NCBI RefSeq assembly: GCF_963921235.1
Contig: NC_086097.1
Location: 93,002,001-93,066,000 of the forward strand
Source of the DNA: Mobula hypostoma
Taxonomy: Eukaryota
Direction of reading: 5' to 3'
Length of the DNA stretch: 64,000 bases
Position numbers and translations under genes: made by a program. The notes under the pieces were generated by a model that was not told the origin of the DNA, did not search any database, and saw only the letters and a list, made by a program, of their open reading frames with translations. This document shows, piece after piece, positions 48,986 through 62,157 of the stretch; positions within the stretch are counted from its first letter, which is position 1; each line of letters begins with the position of its first letter.

Positions 48986-50036
48986 AAAAACATTGAACAC
49001 CCCACACCACACAGTCTGGCCTCTAAGATTATTCCCTGTATCATTGCTAGTGAAGCTGGATAGATGACCAGAGAGGTGGTACAGGAGGGAGGTGATCAGA
49101 TTCCTGGCCATTAGGGCTCGTGCTGTGGCAGGACAAATAGTAACAGAATAAGAAGTTCCTGTGTCGAAAGAGGAAGTATTAAGTTTATTTTAAAAGCTGC
49201 AAGCCCTTCACAAGAGCCACGGATTTAGAGAAGGAAATCCAGAACTTGGAGCTGAAGGTACAAACTAACTGTGAAAGAAATGAGGGCAGAAGCAGAGATT
49301 CTGATTTGCAGTGTTTAATGTCACTGCCAAAGAAGAAATTGATAGCAAGCTAGGGAAGCCCTGTCACATACACACCAAAAATCCAGTGCTTTGAATCTGG
49401 ATATTCAAACTTATTAAACATGGTTTAATAATAGAAAATTATCATTCCACTTGTCCTTTTTTGAAATGTTTTGCCATATGTCACTGTTCTGCACCAGTTT
49501 TAATCACCATAGGTTCTGCATGTATCAGTCATTTTGTTGTCTGCACCTAACTACTGTTATGAACTTCTGAAGTCTGGTTGGTCCTGAAAGTAATGTTAAA
49601 CTGCAAGTTTGGAAGAAGTTAGCTTATTAGGATTTGTAATAATCCTCTGGTCTTTTGGCCTGCATGGAACTGAATCTCTCACCTACGGCTTGGCGCATAA
49701 ATGGATTTTAATTGCATCATCACTGCATGACCATATTGAATGACCTGAGAGCTGCCCACTGCTGTGAGAGGGCACTAATTTGGAAAGTGCTCTCATAGCT
49801 ACTCCTTAATTTTATTCCACTGTCTAGCCTTGTGGAAGGAAAAAAAACAATGAGAAGTCGCAAAAGTCCCCTTTTAACTTAATGATGTGGATAGAGTTGA
49901 CATATAACAATGTCATGGTAATTCAAAGGGCATTTCACAGCATTACAACAGGCTTTAAAATTACTAATTACATCAGTTGTCTTCTCTGTAAATGATAAGT
50001 TTAATGTATTTTGGAAAGACATCTGACACATATATA

Positions 50037-50609
50037 CATGCTGTGCAAAAGTCTTGGGGGCATATATAATCTAGGGTGCATAAGACTTCAGCACAGTACT
50101 GTATTTGTCCATGTGGAGCTGAGAGTCAGTTTGTGAATGTAGTGGGATCAGAGGATGTTGGAAATGGTGAGGGTGGAACGCCCTGGGATGTGTGTGGGAC
50201 AGGTGGCAGAGAAAGAGTGCCAGGTGTGGGGATTGGCACAGGTGCAGACACACCCAACCCTGAGACATCCGGCAAGGTCATTTGATTCCAAACAATTGAT
50301 TTATTGATCATTACAGAATGTACCTCTGGTGCTTCCCAGTCGCTCCTCTCTGCCTTCCTCTTTTCCCAACCATGATTCCCCTCTCCCTGTTCCTCTGCCC
50401 CCCCCACCCTCCCACCACCACTCTGTCAGCAGTAGAGAGCTATATCAGAATCAGGTTTATCATCACTCACACAGGTCATGAAATTTACTTTATTTTTGCG
50501 GTAGCAGTACAGTTCAATACATAAAATTACAGTACTGTATAAAGTCCTGGGTACCCTAGCTATATAAGTTTAGCTATACCCTAGCTATATAGACTTTTAC
50601 GCAGTACTA
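50037..50609. mobile_element. Tc1/mariner-type MITE (family copy 3) bounded by two mini-hairpins
   Basis: Hairpin units at 50037-50101 and 50530-50609, each TIR-spacer-TIR and flanked by TA. Shared internal sequence. Confidence 0.8.
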
Positions 50610-50614
50610 TATAC

Positions 50615-50945
50615 AAGTTCAAAGTAAATTTATTATCAAAGTATGTAGATTAACAAACACCACTGTGTGGAAGAAGGCAAACTGCAAATGAAAGATACCG
50701 AGAACGTGAATCGTAGAAAGAATCCTTGAAAGTGAATCTGTAGATTGTGGAATCAGCTCAGAATAGTGGTGAATAAAGTTACCCACACTAGCTCAGGGGC
50801 CTGATGGTTGTAGGGTAATAACTGTTCCTGAACCTGGTGGTATGGGGCATAAGGCTTCTGTACCTCCTGCTCGATGGTCGTACAGAGAAGAGGGCGTGGC
50901 CTAGATGCTGGGGGTCTTTGATGGATCTTGCTTTATTGTGAGGTG
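50615..50945 (-). mobile_element. Rex1/Babar-like LINE 3' fragment
   Basis: ORF 50788-50982 IKDPQHLGHALFS..SRRYRSLMPHTTRFRNSYYP. Confidence 0.85.
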
Positions 50946-51275
50946 CCTCATGAGGTTCAAATGCAGCTTCGTAATTGAGCAAAAATAGAGCTGCTAGACA
51001 AACTCAGCAGATCAGGCGGCACTTTTAAAGGGAAATAGACATTGGCTGTCCAGTAGCTTGTTTACTCCACATTTCAACAATCTTCTTTGTCGCCAGTCTT
51101 TCTACCTTATCTGTGCCACTCAATTATATAGTATTATAATGGGTGTGGGTATACCACATCTTCAGCTGGAAGTCTTTTAACAGAATAAGAATTCATCACC
51201 ATCAGTTTACTGTCATTTATTTTTATGTTGAAATGTATCTGTTAGTGTTTAATCCTTTTCTCTTTTGCTTTATAG

Positions 51276-51667
51276 ACAAGTATAAGTCCTTGGAGCCACA
51301 CTGTGTAACCACCCCAGTCACAGGTCATCCGGTGTCACCAGCAAATCCTCTCTCAGGCTGCCCTGTGCCTACAGCTCCTTCTGCTGCTGAGCCTGTCCCC
51401 CAAATCCAGCGCCCTGGTTTGGACACACCAGCAACCACTAGGCCCCACACCTTATCTATGCTGAAGCTGACCCGAGAGTGTCCACAGAGTTCCAAACCTT
51501 CCAACAGCTCCAAGCCCAGCCTCCGTAATGCAGTTTATCAGCCTGCCCAGCAGAATAAAGCTGGCACAGGCCATACAGAGAGTAGGCAGCAGAGAATCAG
51601 CAGGAGACGAGCCACGAATGGCTGGCTGCCTGTAGGGGAGCCCTACGAGAAACCAGTTTATGTCGTG
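51276..51667 (+). CDS. BAHD1: BAHD1 next coding exon, ending just before the BAH domain
   Basis: GHPVSPANPLSGCPVP..AAEPVPQIQ, RECPQSSKP and RRRATNGWLPVGEPYEKPVYVV match BAHD1. Acceptor TTTATAG| gives G|AC = Asp, in phase with the upstream exon. Donor GTG|GTGAGT at 51668 (phase 0). Confidence 0.93.
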
Positions 51668-53099
51668 GTGAGTAGATTTTGAAGATGCTATTCTTAAAGA
51701 TGAGATAATTTGCTCTTTGTGAAGCCAAAACAACGGAGGCTACAAGTTAACTGCAGCTCTTTAATATAACATTTAGTAGTGTGTAGAAGAGAGGACATGT
51801 TCATTTTTTTCCCTCAACAACAGCATCTCATTAATTGTAAAGTGTGTTTAAAGAGCGGGAAGCAAATGTTGATGGGGGAGGAGTGGTGAGAACTGCAGAC
51901 ACTTTGTACAGAGAAGACTTCCATGCAGAGAAGGCTTCCGTATGTGTTATTCTTTTCGTCATCATTTGTTGTCTAAGGGATTAGTACAGATCAGAGAAAT
52001 GAGAAGAGTTATCTTGTTCTTTTAAATCCTTCTTGATGCTGAAGAGCAGTCCAAGGAAGAACTGGATTGTTGGAGGTGCCATCTTCCAGCTGAGATGTTA
52101 AGTTGAGGTTCCTTTCTGGGCATTGTTGGAAAAGAGGTTCTCTTCATCACTAATTACCCCAACCAGGATCACAGGCAGTTGCATCATTCACTGGTGATGT
52201 GTGAGAGGGAGCTTTTTCATACAAAAGGAGTGGAAAGTATGGATTATTCTTCGAGAAGATTGAGGCTGGGGGCTAATTGAACACTTGAAACAGAGACTGA
52301 AAGTTTCTTTTAAGGGTTGTGGAGCTAAAGGCAGTAATTATAGCTAAGCCATATATTAACTATGTTTTAATTAAACCTCAGAGTTGGTTTGAAGGACTAA
52401 GTGGCTTCTTCCTATTTCTTTGTTGTTAAAATGTGATTTGGCTGCAGCATCAGCCAGTGTAGAGCTTGTGGGAAATTGTCCGTCCTTTGCCCAGCAGGGT
52501 GTCAGTAAGTACAGGCATAAGTTACGAAGTTTGACTGTACCTTCTGTAAGCAGAAGAGTTCTGTCTAGCACTAATTCTCTGTAGCTAACCAAACTGCACC
52601 AAACGTGAAGCTTTCTACTCATTCTGCTGGTTTGTCATCCTATTGTTGTGCAGGTCAACCACGTGAAAGGGGGAGCATTGCCACAGAATGTTAACACTGA
52701 TAAATTAAAAGCAGATCCAAACACTGAGTGGGTTTGCAATCTCATCTATATTAAATACTTTTCATCCAAACTGAATGACACCATACATATTTCAACACTA
52801 AATGGTTCAGATTAATCTGCAGTTATGGTCTGGTACTGTGATTATGCATTCTTTATGATATCGTGGGACACTTGTTCAGATACTCCAAAGGGGTCATCCT
52901 TCAGTTTTGTATTTTAAGAGAAAAGAGGCCCAATAACTCCTCAGCTTTAATATCAATATTGCAACTTGGTTTTGTCTCCCCAATTTGTATTTGTATATAA
53001 TATGTTAGGTAGCAGACATCTGTACTGATATTTACATTGAATGTCTTTTCCAAAATACACAGTTGATCGTGCCTTTAAATTGTAGAATAAGTACCTTTT

Positions 53100-54660
53100 T
53101 AGTTTCAAAAATGACTTTATTTATAATATATGCAAGGAAAGAAAGTGCAAAAAATGTCATTCTTGGTCATTGCATTCAGCAGTAAATGTTTAAAAAAACA
53201 AATACGAACTAACACCATTGATACATTGCTCTAGGCAATATTCCTTTCATTGTCAGAGGAGCTTCTCCCACTTGACTCAACCTCTCCAGGTGTTGTAGCA
53301 GAAGGATCCTAGACTGTGGTCCTTCCCCACACAGCCTTAGCATGGGTTGCACTCAGCTTCAGTGTACCCTTCAGTAAGTACTCCTGCAGTCTGGACTGTG
53401 CCCGTCTTCAGCACTTCCTCACCTCTTGCATAGCTGGAAGACCAACAGATTTTGAGCAGATCAAAGTGTGTCTTTCATCCAGTCATTGACTTTCCAGCAG
53501 CAATTAATGTCTGTCTCATTGTGTGAATTCTAGGAACAGCTCGTAGTTCAGAATCCTCTTTACGCTGCTGCTGGAGAGGAACCAAAACACAGAACCTTGC
53601 ATTCTTGTCCACACAGTCTTTGCAAATATGCAATCTGCAAAAAAGGTGTGTGACTACCTTTTCCCCACCGCAACCATCTTGAGGGCAGTATACATTGGGA
53701 GTGATAGGTCATCTGTACAGAAAGCCTCTGACTAGTAGGGCCTTTCTCACTGCCAGCCAAACAAGATCTTGGTGTTTGTTGGTCAGGTCTGACAATGGAG
53801 AATTTTATCAGATGGTTAGGACCACTTGCACAGAGAACAAACATCAAATTCATTGTGTCCCTGTCCTGCAGTGTCTGTAGTACATTCTGCACTGACCACT
53901 ACCTTTAATGTCCACTTACTTTCAGTCCACACACCACCTGTTACAGGCACACACAAATGTGATCATCAGGATGACGGCAGCATTGGGTACATTTTTGCCC
54001 CCATTTTCTGGGGACTTGTGCATTGTGACCCAATAGTTCCGCTCTACCATGAACCCCAAGATAAACTGGAAGACGTCCTGGGTGATTACCAAGACAGGAT
54101 CAAACGGGCCATGCCTGTGTGAAGCATAGCATGCATGTGAAGATATCACACCTGATAACCAAGTTTTTCCAAGTTACTGACAGAGAGCACAGTTTCCACA
54201 ATCACAATTTTTTTACCTTCCTAATCCTAGTCTGGCCAGTTATTGTTGCATGTCTCAGACCCTTTAGAATAGACTCTCCAGTGCTTTCAGAGGGTCAGGC
54301 CTGACAGTGATTGGGCAAGTCAGCTGCTGAAGAGCATGGTCTTTCTCTTCCTATGGTTGATACCGGCCACCCCCAATCCCAACTAGAGTTGGTTGCAAAT
54401 ACTAATCACTCTGCAAACTGATGGTGGATTCAACAGAAGTTGGTGCTATCATCCACGTACAGGGAGGTTATGACTTGTGTGCCTCTGCTACCAAGCAATT
54501 TTACCCCTTGTGTATTCTTGTCCTTCCTGATGGATTCAGCAAGCAGCACACAAGTGAGGTGGAAGAGTGGACAACCCTGCCTGACTCCAGACTTGATGGG
54601 GAGAGCTGTCAATGTTCTACTCATTGATTTGGACTTCACAGTAGATATCTTTGCAGAATA
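53100..54660 (-). mobile_element. Highly decayed Tx1/L1-clade LINE
   Basis: ORF 54430-54639 SGVRQGCPL..IRKD..GVKL..SLYVDD (RT). The antisense of ~53310-53403 reads AQSRLQEYLLKGTLKLSATHAKAVWGRTTV*. Confidence 0.7.
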
Positions 54661-56720
54661 GATGTATTTTCTTAGATTTGGGGCCCAAAACTGCTCTCAG
54701 TACCCCGAATGCAGTCTAACCAATGCCTTATAAAGTCTCAAAATTACATCCTTGCTTTTATATTCTAGTCCTCTTGAAATGAATGCTAACTTTGCATTTG
54801 CCTTCCTTATGACCAACTCAACCTCTGAGTTGTGCTGTAGGGAATCCTTGACTTACACTCTCAAATCCCTTTGTATGTCCACTTTCTGAATTTGCTCCCC
54901 ATTTAGAAGGCAGTCTTCGCCTTTATTCCTTCTATCAAAGTGTTTGATCATAAGCTTCTACACACTATATTCCATCTGCCGTGTCATTGCACATTTTCAG
55001 TAGACTTGTCAGGCAAGATTTCCTTTAAAGAAAACCATGCTGACTTCTGCCTATTTTATCATGTGCCTCCAAGTACCCTGAAATCTCTATAACATCTTGC
55101 CAAACATTGAAGTCAGGCTAATTGGCCTATAATTTCATGCCTTTTGCTTCCCTCCCATAAACGTTTGCAGTTTTCTAGTCTTCAGGAACCATTCCAGAAT
55201 CTAATGATTCTTGAAAGATCATTACTAATGCCTCAACAATCTCTCCAGCTACTTCTTCTTGAACCCTGAGGTGTAGTCTATCTGGTCCAGATGACTTATC
55301 TACCTTCAGACCTTTCAGCTTCCCAAGCACCTTCTCCTTAGTAATAACAACTACACTCACTTCTGTCCCCGACACTCTCGAATTTCTCTCATACTGTTGT
55401 TTTCCACAGTGGAAATTATTTATTCAGTTTGTCCCCATTACTATCTCTCATTGTAATTTTCCAGCAGTCCAATATCCACTCTCGCCTCTCTTTTACTCTT
55501 CCTATATCTGGGGGTGGGGGCGGAATTTTGGTATCCTCTTTATATTACCTTCATAACTCTTCTTTTCACTCCTTTGGCTTTTTTAGTTCATTCTGTTGCT
55601 TTTCAAAAGCTTCCTAATTCTCTAACTTTCCAATATTTTATACCATATTATATGCCCTCTTTTGCTTTTATACTGTCTTTGACTTCCCTTGTCACCCATG
55701 GTTGCCTCATCCTTCCTTTTAAGATGCTTCTTTGGGATGAACTGATCTTGCATCTTCTGAATTAATCCCAGAAATGCCAGCCATTGCTGCTCTACCATTA
55801 TCCTTGCAAGTGTTCTCTTCCAATCAACTTTGGCCAGTTCTTCTCTCATGCCTCTGTAATTCCCTCTACCCCACTGCTATACGAATGCATCTGAGTTTAG
55901 CTTCTCTCTTTCAAATATTAATTCTGTCATATATGATTACTGCCTCCTAAGGGTTCCTTTACCTTAAGCTCTCTAATCAAATATCGTTCATAATGCAGCA
56001 TCCACTCCAGAAATACCTTTTCACGAATGGAGCCAACCACAAGTTGCTCTAAAAGGCTAACTTGGAAGCATTCTACAAATCCCTCCTGGAATCTAGCGCC
56101 AACCTGATTTTCCCAATCTACCTACATATTGAAATCCCTCATGAGTATGCCCTATTTACATGCCTTTTTTCTTATCTCCCATTGTAATTTGTACCCCACA
56201 TCCTGTCTACTATTCAGAAGTCTGTAATAACTCCCATCAGTGTAATTTTACCCTTGCAGTTTCTTAACTCTATTCGCAAGGATTTTGTCTTCTGATCCTA
56301 TGTCACTTTCTAAGGATTTGATTTCATTTTATTTAACCAACAGAGCTAACCCCTTCCCCCTCTACCCAACTGCCTGTCCTTTCAATACAATTGTATCCTT
56401 GGATGTTAGGCTCCCAGCTATGATCCACTTTCAGCCACAATTCAGTGACGCCCACAGCATCGTATCTGCCAATTTCTAACTGCGCTACAAGATTGTCTGC
56501 CTTACTTCACAGACTGTGTGCTTTCAAATATAACACCTTCAAACCTGTATTCACCACCTTTCTTTTCAATTTTGCCTCCATGTTACCCGAAATTAAATAA
56601 TTAATAAATTTCTTAATTCCCCATTTTATTCTTTAATCTGAAGACTTCATTGGCCTCTGCTGCACTCTCCTTCCCTTTTTAATTTATCCATGATTCTTCC
56701 AAGCTGTTGAACTCAGCCTC
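54661..56720 (-). mobile_element. Decayed CR1 LINE (endonuclease to RT region)
   Basis: VLGKLKGLKVDKSSGPDRLH.RV.EEVA.EIVEAL.MIFQESLDSGMVPED and MREELAKVDWKRTL. Confidence 0.85.
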
Positions 56721-57339
56721 TATCATTTAATTTAAAGCCCATAGCTGTTGAATGCCTTTCATTATCCCCTCGGCATTGAAATTGATGGTGTGGTTGAACA
56801 GATGTGAGGTCATTCAGAACTACTACTTTTTGCATAATTCTACCTCAGGTGATTAGGATTGCTAACCTGTCTCTTTTCATGGAAGTTGTGCACCACTGAT
56901 TTACAGGATAAGAATATTGCCCCTCTTTACCCTCGCTTGAACATAGTGGTAAAGTGTGGCGGCCTTCTGGTAAAGGTGCTGTTATTCAGGATGCTTCATG
57001 ATTTAAACCCAGCATCAGTGAAATAATGTGCTATGTTTCTAAGCCAGTATTGTTCAACTTTCCGTTTGGATCATAGAGGTGCTGCACTTGGCCTCGTCTG
57101 GTAGAGGTCACAGTTTTAGGATATGTTTTGAGATTTTTCAATTGAAAGCCAAAGGCAAATTTGTGACCAATTTGACTGCATGGAAATAAAAATATGTACC
57201 GTTTGATGAATGGATGCAAGAACTTGCAGTTGATTGTTGTGTTTGGCAATCTCTTCAGAGTGTAGCTGTCAGTTTCTCAAACTGTTCATCACAAAAAAGC
57301 TGTCAGAGGCTCTGTACTTTTGTTAAGTGAATAAGCACA

Positions 57340-58060
57340 GAAATCGGATGGAATATAATTAGAAAAATGTGAGGTCATGCACTTTCTTTGTTTTATTTCT
57401 ACCCAAAGTATTTTTTTTTAATTGCTTGAGATTGAAGGGTTTTCATGTTCCAAGGGACCTGTTTATTCTAGTATACAAGTCGTTGAAAGCTGAGATGGAG
57501 AGTCAGTAAGCATTTAAGAGGCAAATGGGCTTTTATTGCAAGACAATTTGAGTACTGAGTACCTTGCTGTTATACAGGGTTCCGGTAAGATGACTTCTGA
57601 AATATTGCATATAGGCCTGTAATAGACAAAGTGCAGCATTGTTAGTTTGATTCCTGAAATGGCAGCTTTGTCAGACTGGGGTCATATTGCTTCGAATTTA
57701 GCAGAATGAGAGATGATCTCATTGAAATAAGGGAAATGATTAGAGGTCTGATAGGGTAAATCCATAGTTGATGTTTGTCCTGACTAGAATATCTAGAAAC
57801 AAGTGTCAAGATCTCAGCATAAGCGGTTTGCCATTCAAGACAAATGAAAAGGAATTTCTCCACCGAAAAGATGGAGAATATTGAGAATTTTCTATCTATG
57901 CAGGCCGTGGAGGTCCTTCAAGTTGGAGGCCAATGGATTGTTGGACATTGAGGGAATCAATAGAAATGAGGCTTATGCAGGAAGGTGATAGAAGATTAAA
58001 TGCATGATTTTACTGAACAGTAATATAGGCATTATGGGTCAAATAGTTGCTGCCATTGCT
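57340..58060 (+). mobile_element. Decayed CR1 3' fragment
   Basis: AAATGTGAGGTCATGCACTTT (KCEVMHF) and GAATTTAGCAGAATGAGAGATGATCTCATTGAAA. Confidence 0.7.
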
Positions 58061-58191
58061 AATGCTCGAGTTGTAGAAATTGCACGAGTTGTAGATATTT
58101 GTATGTCCCACATAGTGCCACTGTCTGGTTTAGCTTTCTCCAGTGGCCTTTTGACACTTAGTCAATAAACGCATGTATTTGTTGGCTTGTA

Positions 58192-60680
58192 CAGTGCCCT
58201 GAAAAAATATTTGGCTCCCAACTTTTTGTTCACATAGATGAATATTACAACCAGGGATCTTGATCAATTTCACAGAGACTTTTTATTTGTGAATGGCATG
58301 CTCTCTCTTTCTCAGGGGAGCCCAAAAATTGTAAAGCATGAAAAACTAAAAATTCAGAAACTATAATGTTAACAGTTTAGAAGTATTCATCTCTCTTTTC
58401 CCAGTACTTAGTTGAACCACCTCTTGCAGCTATTATGGCCAGTAGTCTTTTTGGATGAGTCTCCTGAGTCTCCAATTGTTTTGCACAGCATGATGGAGCA
58501 AGATTTGCCAATTCCTCCTGACAAAATTGATCAAGCTGTGCAATCCAGGATCTCTCGACACTTAGCAGCATTCATCTTCCCACCAACCTGACCGGTCCCT
58601 GCTGCTGAAAAGCAATCCTATAGTGTGATGCTGCCTCCACCATACTTTACTGTAGGGATGGTGTCACCTGGCCGATGAGCAGTATTAGATTTACATTACA
58701 CATATTGCTTAGTGTTGAGGCCAAAGAGTTCCACTTTAGTCTCATCCAACCACAAGACCTCCTTCAATATCTTTACAGTATCTTCTAAGTGAAGCTTTTT
58801 GAATTCTTTAAGGGTGAAGATATGCGTCTTTTTTTGAGCAGTACGAATGCTATATATCTAATACTGTGCATCAGCCAGGTGACACCATCCCTACTGTAAA
58901 GTATGGTGGAGGTAGCATCGTGCTGTGGGGATGTTTTTCAGCAGCAGGGACCGGAATTCTGGTCAGGTTTGATGAGAAGATGAATGCCACTGAATTGCAG
59001 AGAGATCCCGGATTAAAAACCTGCTAGTCTCTACCAGAAACCTTAAACTAGGGAGGAAGTTTGTGTTTTCAGCAGGACAACGGCCCAAAGCACAGTACTA
59101 GAGTAATCATGGAGTGGCTTCAAATGAGGAAAATTGATATCCTGGAATAGAAACATAGAAACATAGAAAATAGGTGCAGGAGTAGGCCATTCGGCCCTTC
59201 GAGCCTGCACCGCCATTTATTATGATCGTGGCTGATCATCCAACTCAGAACCCAGCCTTCCCTCCATACCCCCTGATCCCTGTAGCCACAAGGGCCATAT
59301 CTAACTTCCTTTTAAACATAGCTAATGAACTGGCCTCAACAGTTTGCTGTGGCAGAGAATTCCACAGATTCACCACTCTCTGTGTGAAGAAGTTTTTCCT
59401 AATCTCGGTCCTAAAATGCTTCCCCTCTATCCTCAAACTGTGACCCCTCGTTCTGGACCTCCCCAACATCGGGAACAATCTTCCCGCATCTAGCCTGTCC
59501 AATCCCTTTAGGATCTTATACGTTTCAATCAGATCCCCCCTCAATCTTCTAAATTCCAACGAGTACAAGCCCAGTTCATCCAGTCTTTCTTCATATGAAA
59601 GACCTGCCATCCCAGGAATCAATCTGGTGAACCTTCTTTGTACTCCCTCTATGGCAAAGATGTCTTTCCTCAGATTAGGGGACCAAAACTGCACACAATA
59701 CTCCAGGTGTGGTCTCACCAAGGCCTTGTACAACTGCAGTAGTACCTCCCTGCTCCTGTACTCGAATCCTCTTGCTATAAATGCCAGCATACCGTTCGCC
59801 TTTTTCACCGCCTGCTGTACCTGCATGCCCACTTTCAATGACTGGTGTAAAATGACACCCAGGTCTCGTTGCACCTCCCCTTTTCCTAATCGGCCACCAT
59901 TCAGATAATCTGTTTTCCTATTTTTGCCACCAAAGTGGATAACTTCACATTTATCCACATTAAATTGCATCTGCCGTGAGTTTGCCCACTCACCCAACCT
60001 ATCCAAGTCACCCTGCATCCTCTTAGCATCCTCCTCACTGCTAACACTGCCACCCAGCTTCGTGTCATCCGCAAACTTGGAGATGCTGCATTTAATTCCC
60101 TCATCCAAGTCATTAATATATATTGTAAACAACTGGGGTCCCAGCACTGAGCCTTGCGGTACCCCACTAGTTACCGCCTGCCATTCTGAAAAGGTCCCGT
60201 TTATTCCCACTCTTTGCTTCCTGTCTGCTAACCAATTCTCCACCCACACCAATACCTTACCCCCAATACCGTGTGCTTTAAGTTTGCACACTAATCTCCT
60301 GTGTGGGACCTTGTCAAAAGCCTTTTGAAAATCCAAATATACCACATCCACTGGTTCTCCCCTATCCACTCTACTAGTTACATCCTCAAAAAATTCTATG
60401 TCTTAATCAGAGTCCTGAACTTAACCTGATTTGAACAGTGCAGGTAAGATCTCAAGATTGATGCTTGCTGCTGCTCCCCGACTAACCTGGCGGAGCTTGA
60501 GCAATCTTGTAAGGAGGAATGGGCAAATCTTGCTCCATCACATTATGCAAAGCTAATTGAGACTTATCCAAAAAGACGACTGGCTGCAATAGCTGTAAGG
60601 GGTGGTTCAACTAAGTACCGAGCAAAGGGGAGTGAATACTTATGAAATATTGACACTTCAATTTTTGAATTATTTTTGAA
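58192..60680. mobile_element. Foldback Tc1 derivative: two transposase 3' halves head-to-head, right arm interrupted by CR1
   Basis: Starts TA|CAGTGCCC. The minus arm encodes [21 protein letters not shown] and ..FCQEELANL..GGSTKY. The plus arm (58845-59147, 60400-60680) encodes [39 protein letters not shown]. Confidence 0.8.
59148..60400 (-). mobile_element. Young 5'-truncated CR1 LINE with uninterrupted RT C-terminal ORF
   Basis: Stop-free 374-aa ORF 59245-60369 (YLDFQKAFDKVPH, GVPQGSVLGP, KFADDTKL, RPHLEYCVQFW) and a (CATAGAAA)n 3' tail. Confidence 0.95.
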
Positions 60681-60724
60681 TGATTAGTCTAACAATAAAA
60701 CAAATGGATCAGGTAAAAGTCAGG

Positions 60725-61480
60725 CAACACACACAAAATGCTGGAGGAACTCAGCAGGCCAGACAGCATCAATGGATAAGTTTAGACAGTCAATGTTTTG
60801 GGCTGAGATTCTTCACCAGGACTGTTTTTTTAAAAGTAATAAATAAATATGAGAAGTTAGAGCAAGAAGGTGAGAGGGAGGGGAGAATGAAGTATGAGGT
60901 GATGTGTGAAACTGGGAGGGGGGGTGAAGTAAAGAGCTGGGAAGCTGATAAGTGAAAGAGATAAAGGGCTAGAGAAGGGGGGATATGATAGGAGAAGGTA
61001 GAAGACCATGAAAGAAACAAAGGGGGGAAGGAGCACCAGAGGGAGGTGATGGGCAGGTAAGAAGATAAGTGAGAGAGGGAAATGGGAATAGGGGAAGCAA
61101 TTACCGGAAGTTCGAGAAATTGATGTTCATGCCGTCAGGTTGGAGGCTACCCAGGCGGAATACAATGCCTGAGTGTGGCCTCGTCCTGCTAGTAAAGGAT
61201 GCTACAGACTGGCATATGGAAATGGGAAGTCGAACTAAAGAGAATGGCCATTGGTAGATTCCACTTTTTCTGCAGATGGAGCATAGGTGCTTGGCAAAGC
61301 GGTCTCCCAATCTACATCATGCCTTAGTGATATACAGGAGGCCAAACCAGGAGCACTGGGTACAGTAGATGACCCCAACAGACTCACAGGTGAAGTTTTG
61401 TCTCACCTGGAAGGACTGTTTTGGGGTGCTGAATAGTAGTGAGGGACTATATGTAGGGGCAGCTGTTGGACTTGTTCTGC
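60725..61480 (-). mobile_element. Penelope-like element 3' remnant (GIY-YIG endonuclease)
   Basis: The antisense reads FTCESVGVIYCTQCSWFGLLYI..LGDRFAKHL..VFRLGSLQPDGMNINFSNFR*. A degenerate hammerhead lies at 60787-60824, and a further fragment at 61760-61858. Confidence 0.85.
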
Positions 61481-61874
61481 TTAACAAGCTAATTAAAAGC
61501 TAAGCAGTCATGGCATGCTCCGTTGTGAATGTCATTGATCAGTTCAATAATGGAATAATGCGCCACCTCTCTGCCCATCTTTAACACTGAAGCCAGCATG
61601 AACACAAAAAGGCAACTGAAATATGAGCAAACATCTTTAGTCAGATCCATCCTGACCACTTCCTGTGGTCAGCATCGGATTCACACTTTGTAATCAAGGA
61701 ACAATTTTGTGCACTAGATACTATGATGCTAATGGGACTCTTACAACCTCCCTGTTGAAGTAAGAGAGAGAAATGGGAATGGTGAAAGGGGTGGGGGGCA
61801 ATTACCGGAGGTTGGAGAAACTGATGTTCATGCCATCAGGTTGGAGGCTACCCAGAGGGATGACTTGTGTTCCG

Positions 61875-62157
61875 GTGCATGGAATAGGCCCTTTTGGACC
61901 TTCAAGCCATGCTGCCCGGGAACCCCCAACAATGCTGATTTAGCCCTAATGAAATCGCAGGACAATTTACAATGACCAATTAACCTAGCTAGTATGCCTT
62001 TTGGATTGTGGGAGGAAACTGCAGCACCCAGGGAAAATCAACGCATTCCACATGGAGAATATACAGAGATTCTTACAGAAGATGCTGAGATTGAACTCTG
62101 AACTGTGACACCCTGAGCTGTACTGCATCATGCTAGCTGCTACACTACCATAGCGCC
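61875..62157 (-). mobile_element. tRNA-derived SINE
   Basis: GGAATAGGCCC..GGACAATTTACAATGACCAATTAACC..TGTGGGAGGAAACTGCAGCACCC..CTACACTACCATAGCGCC. Confidence 0.8.

Noticed and set aside
51143..51275. N-terminal part of the 179-aa ORF
   Set aside because: Intronic sequence, including the polypyrimidine tract before the acceptor.
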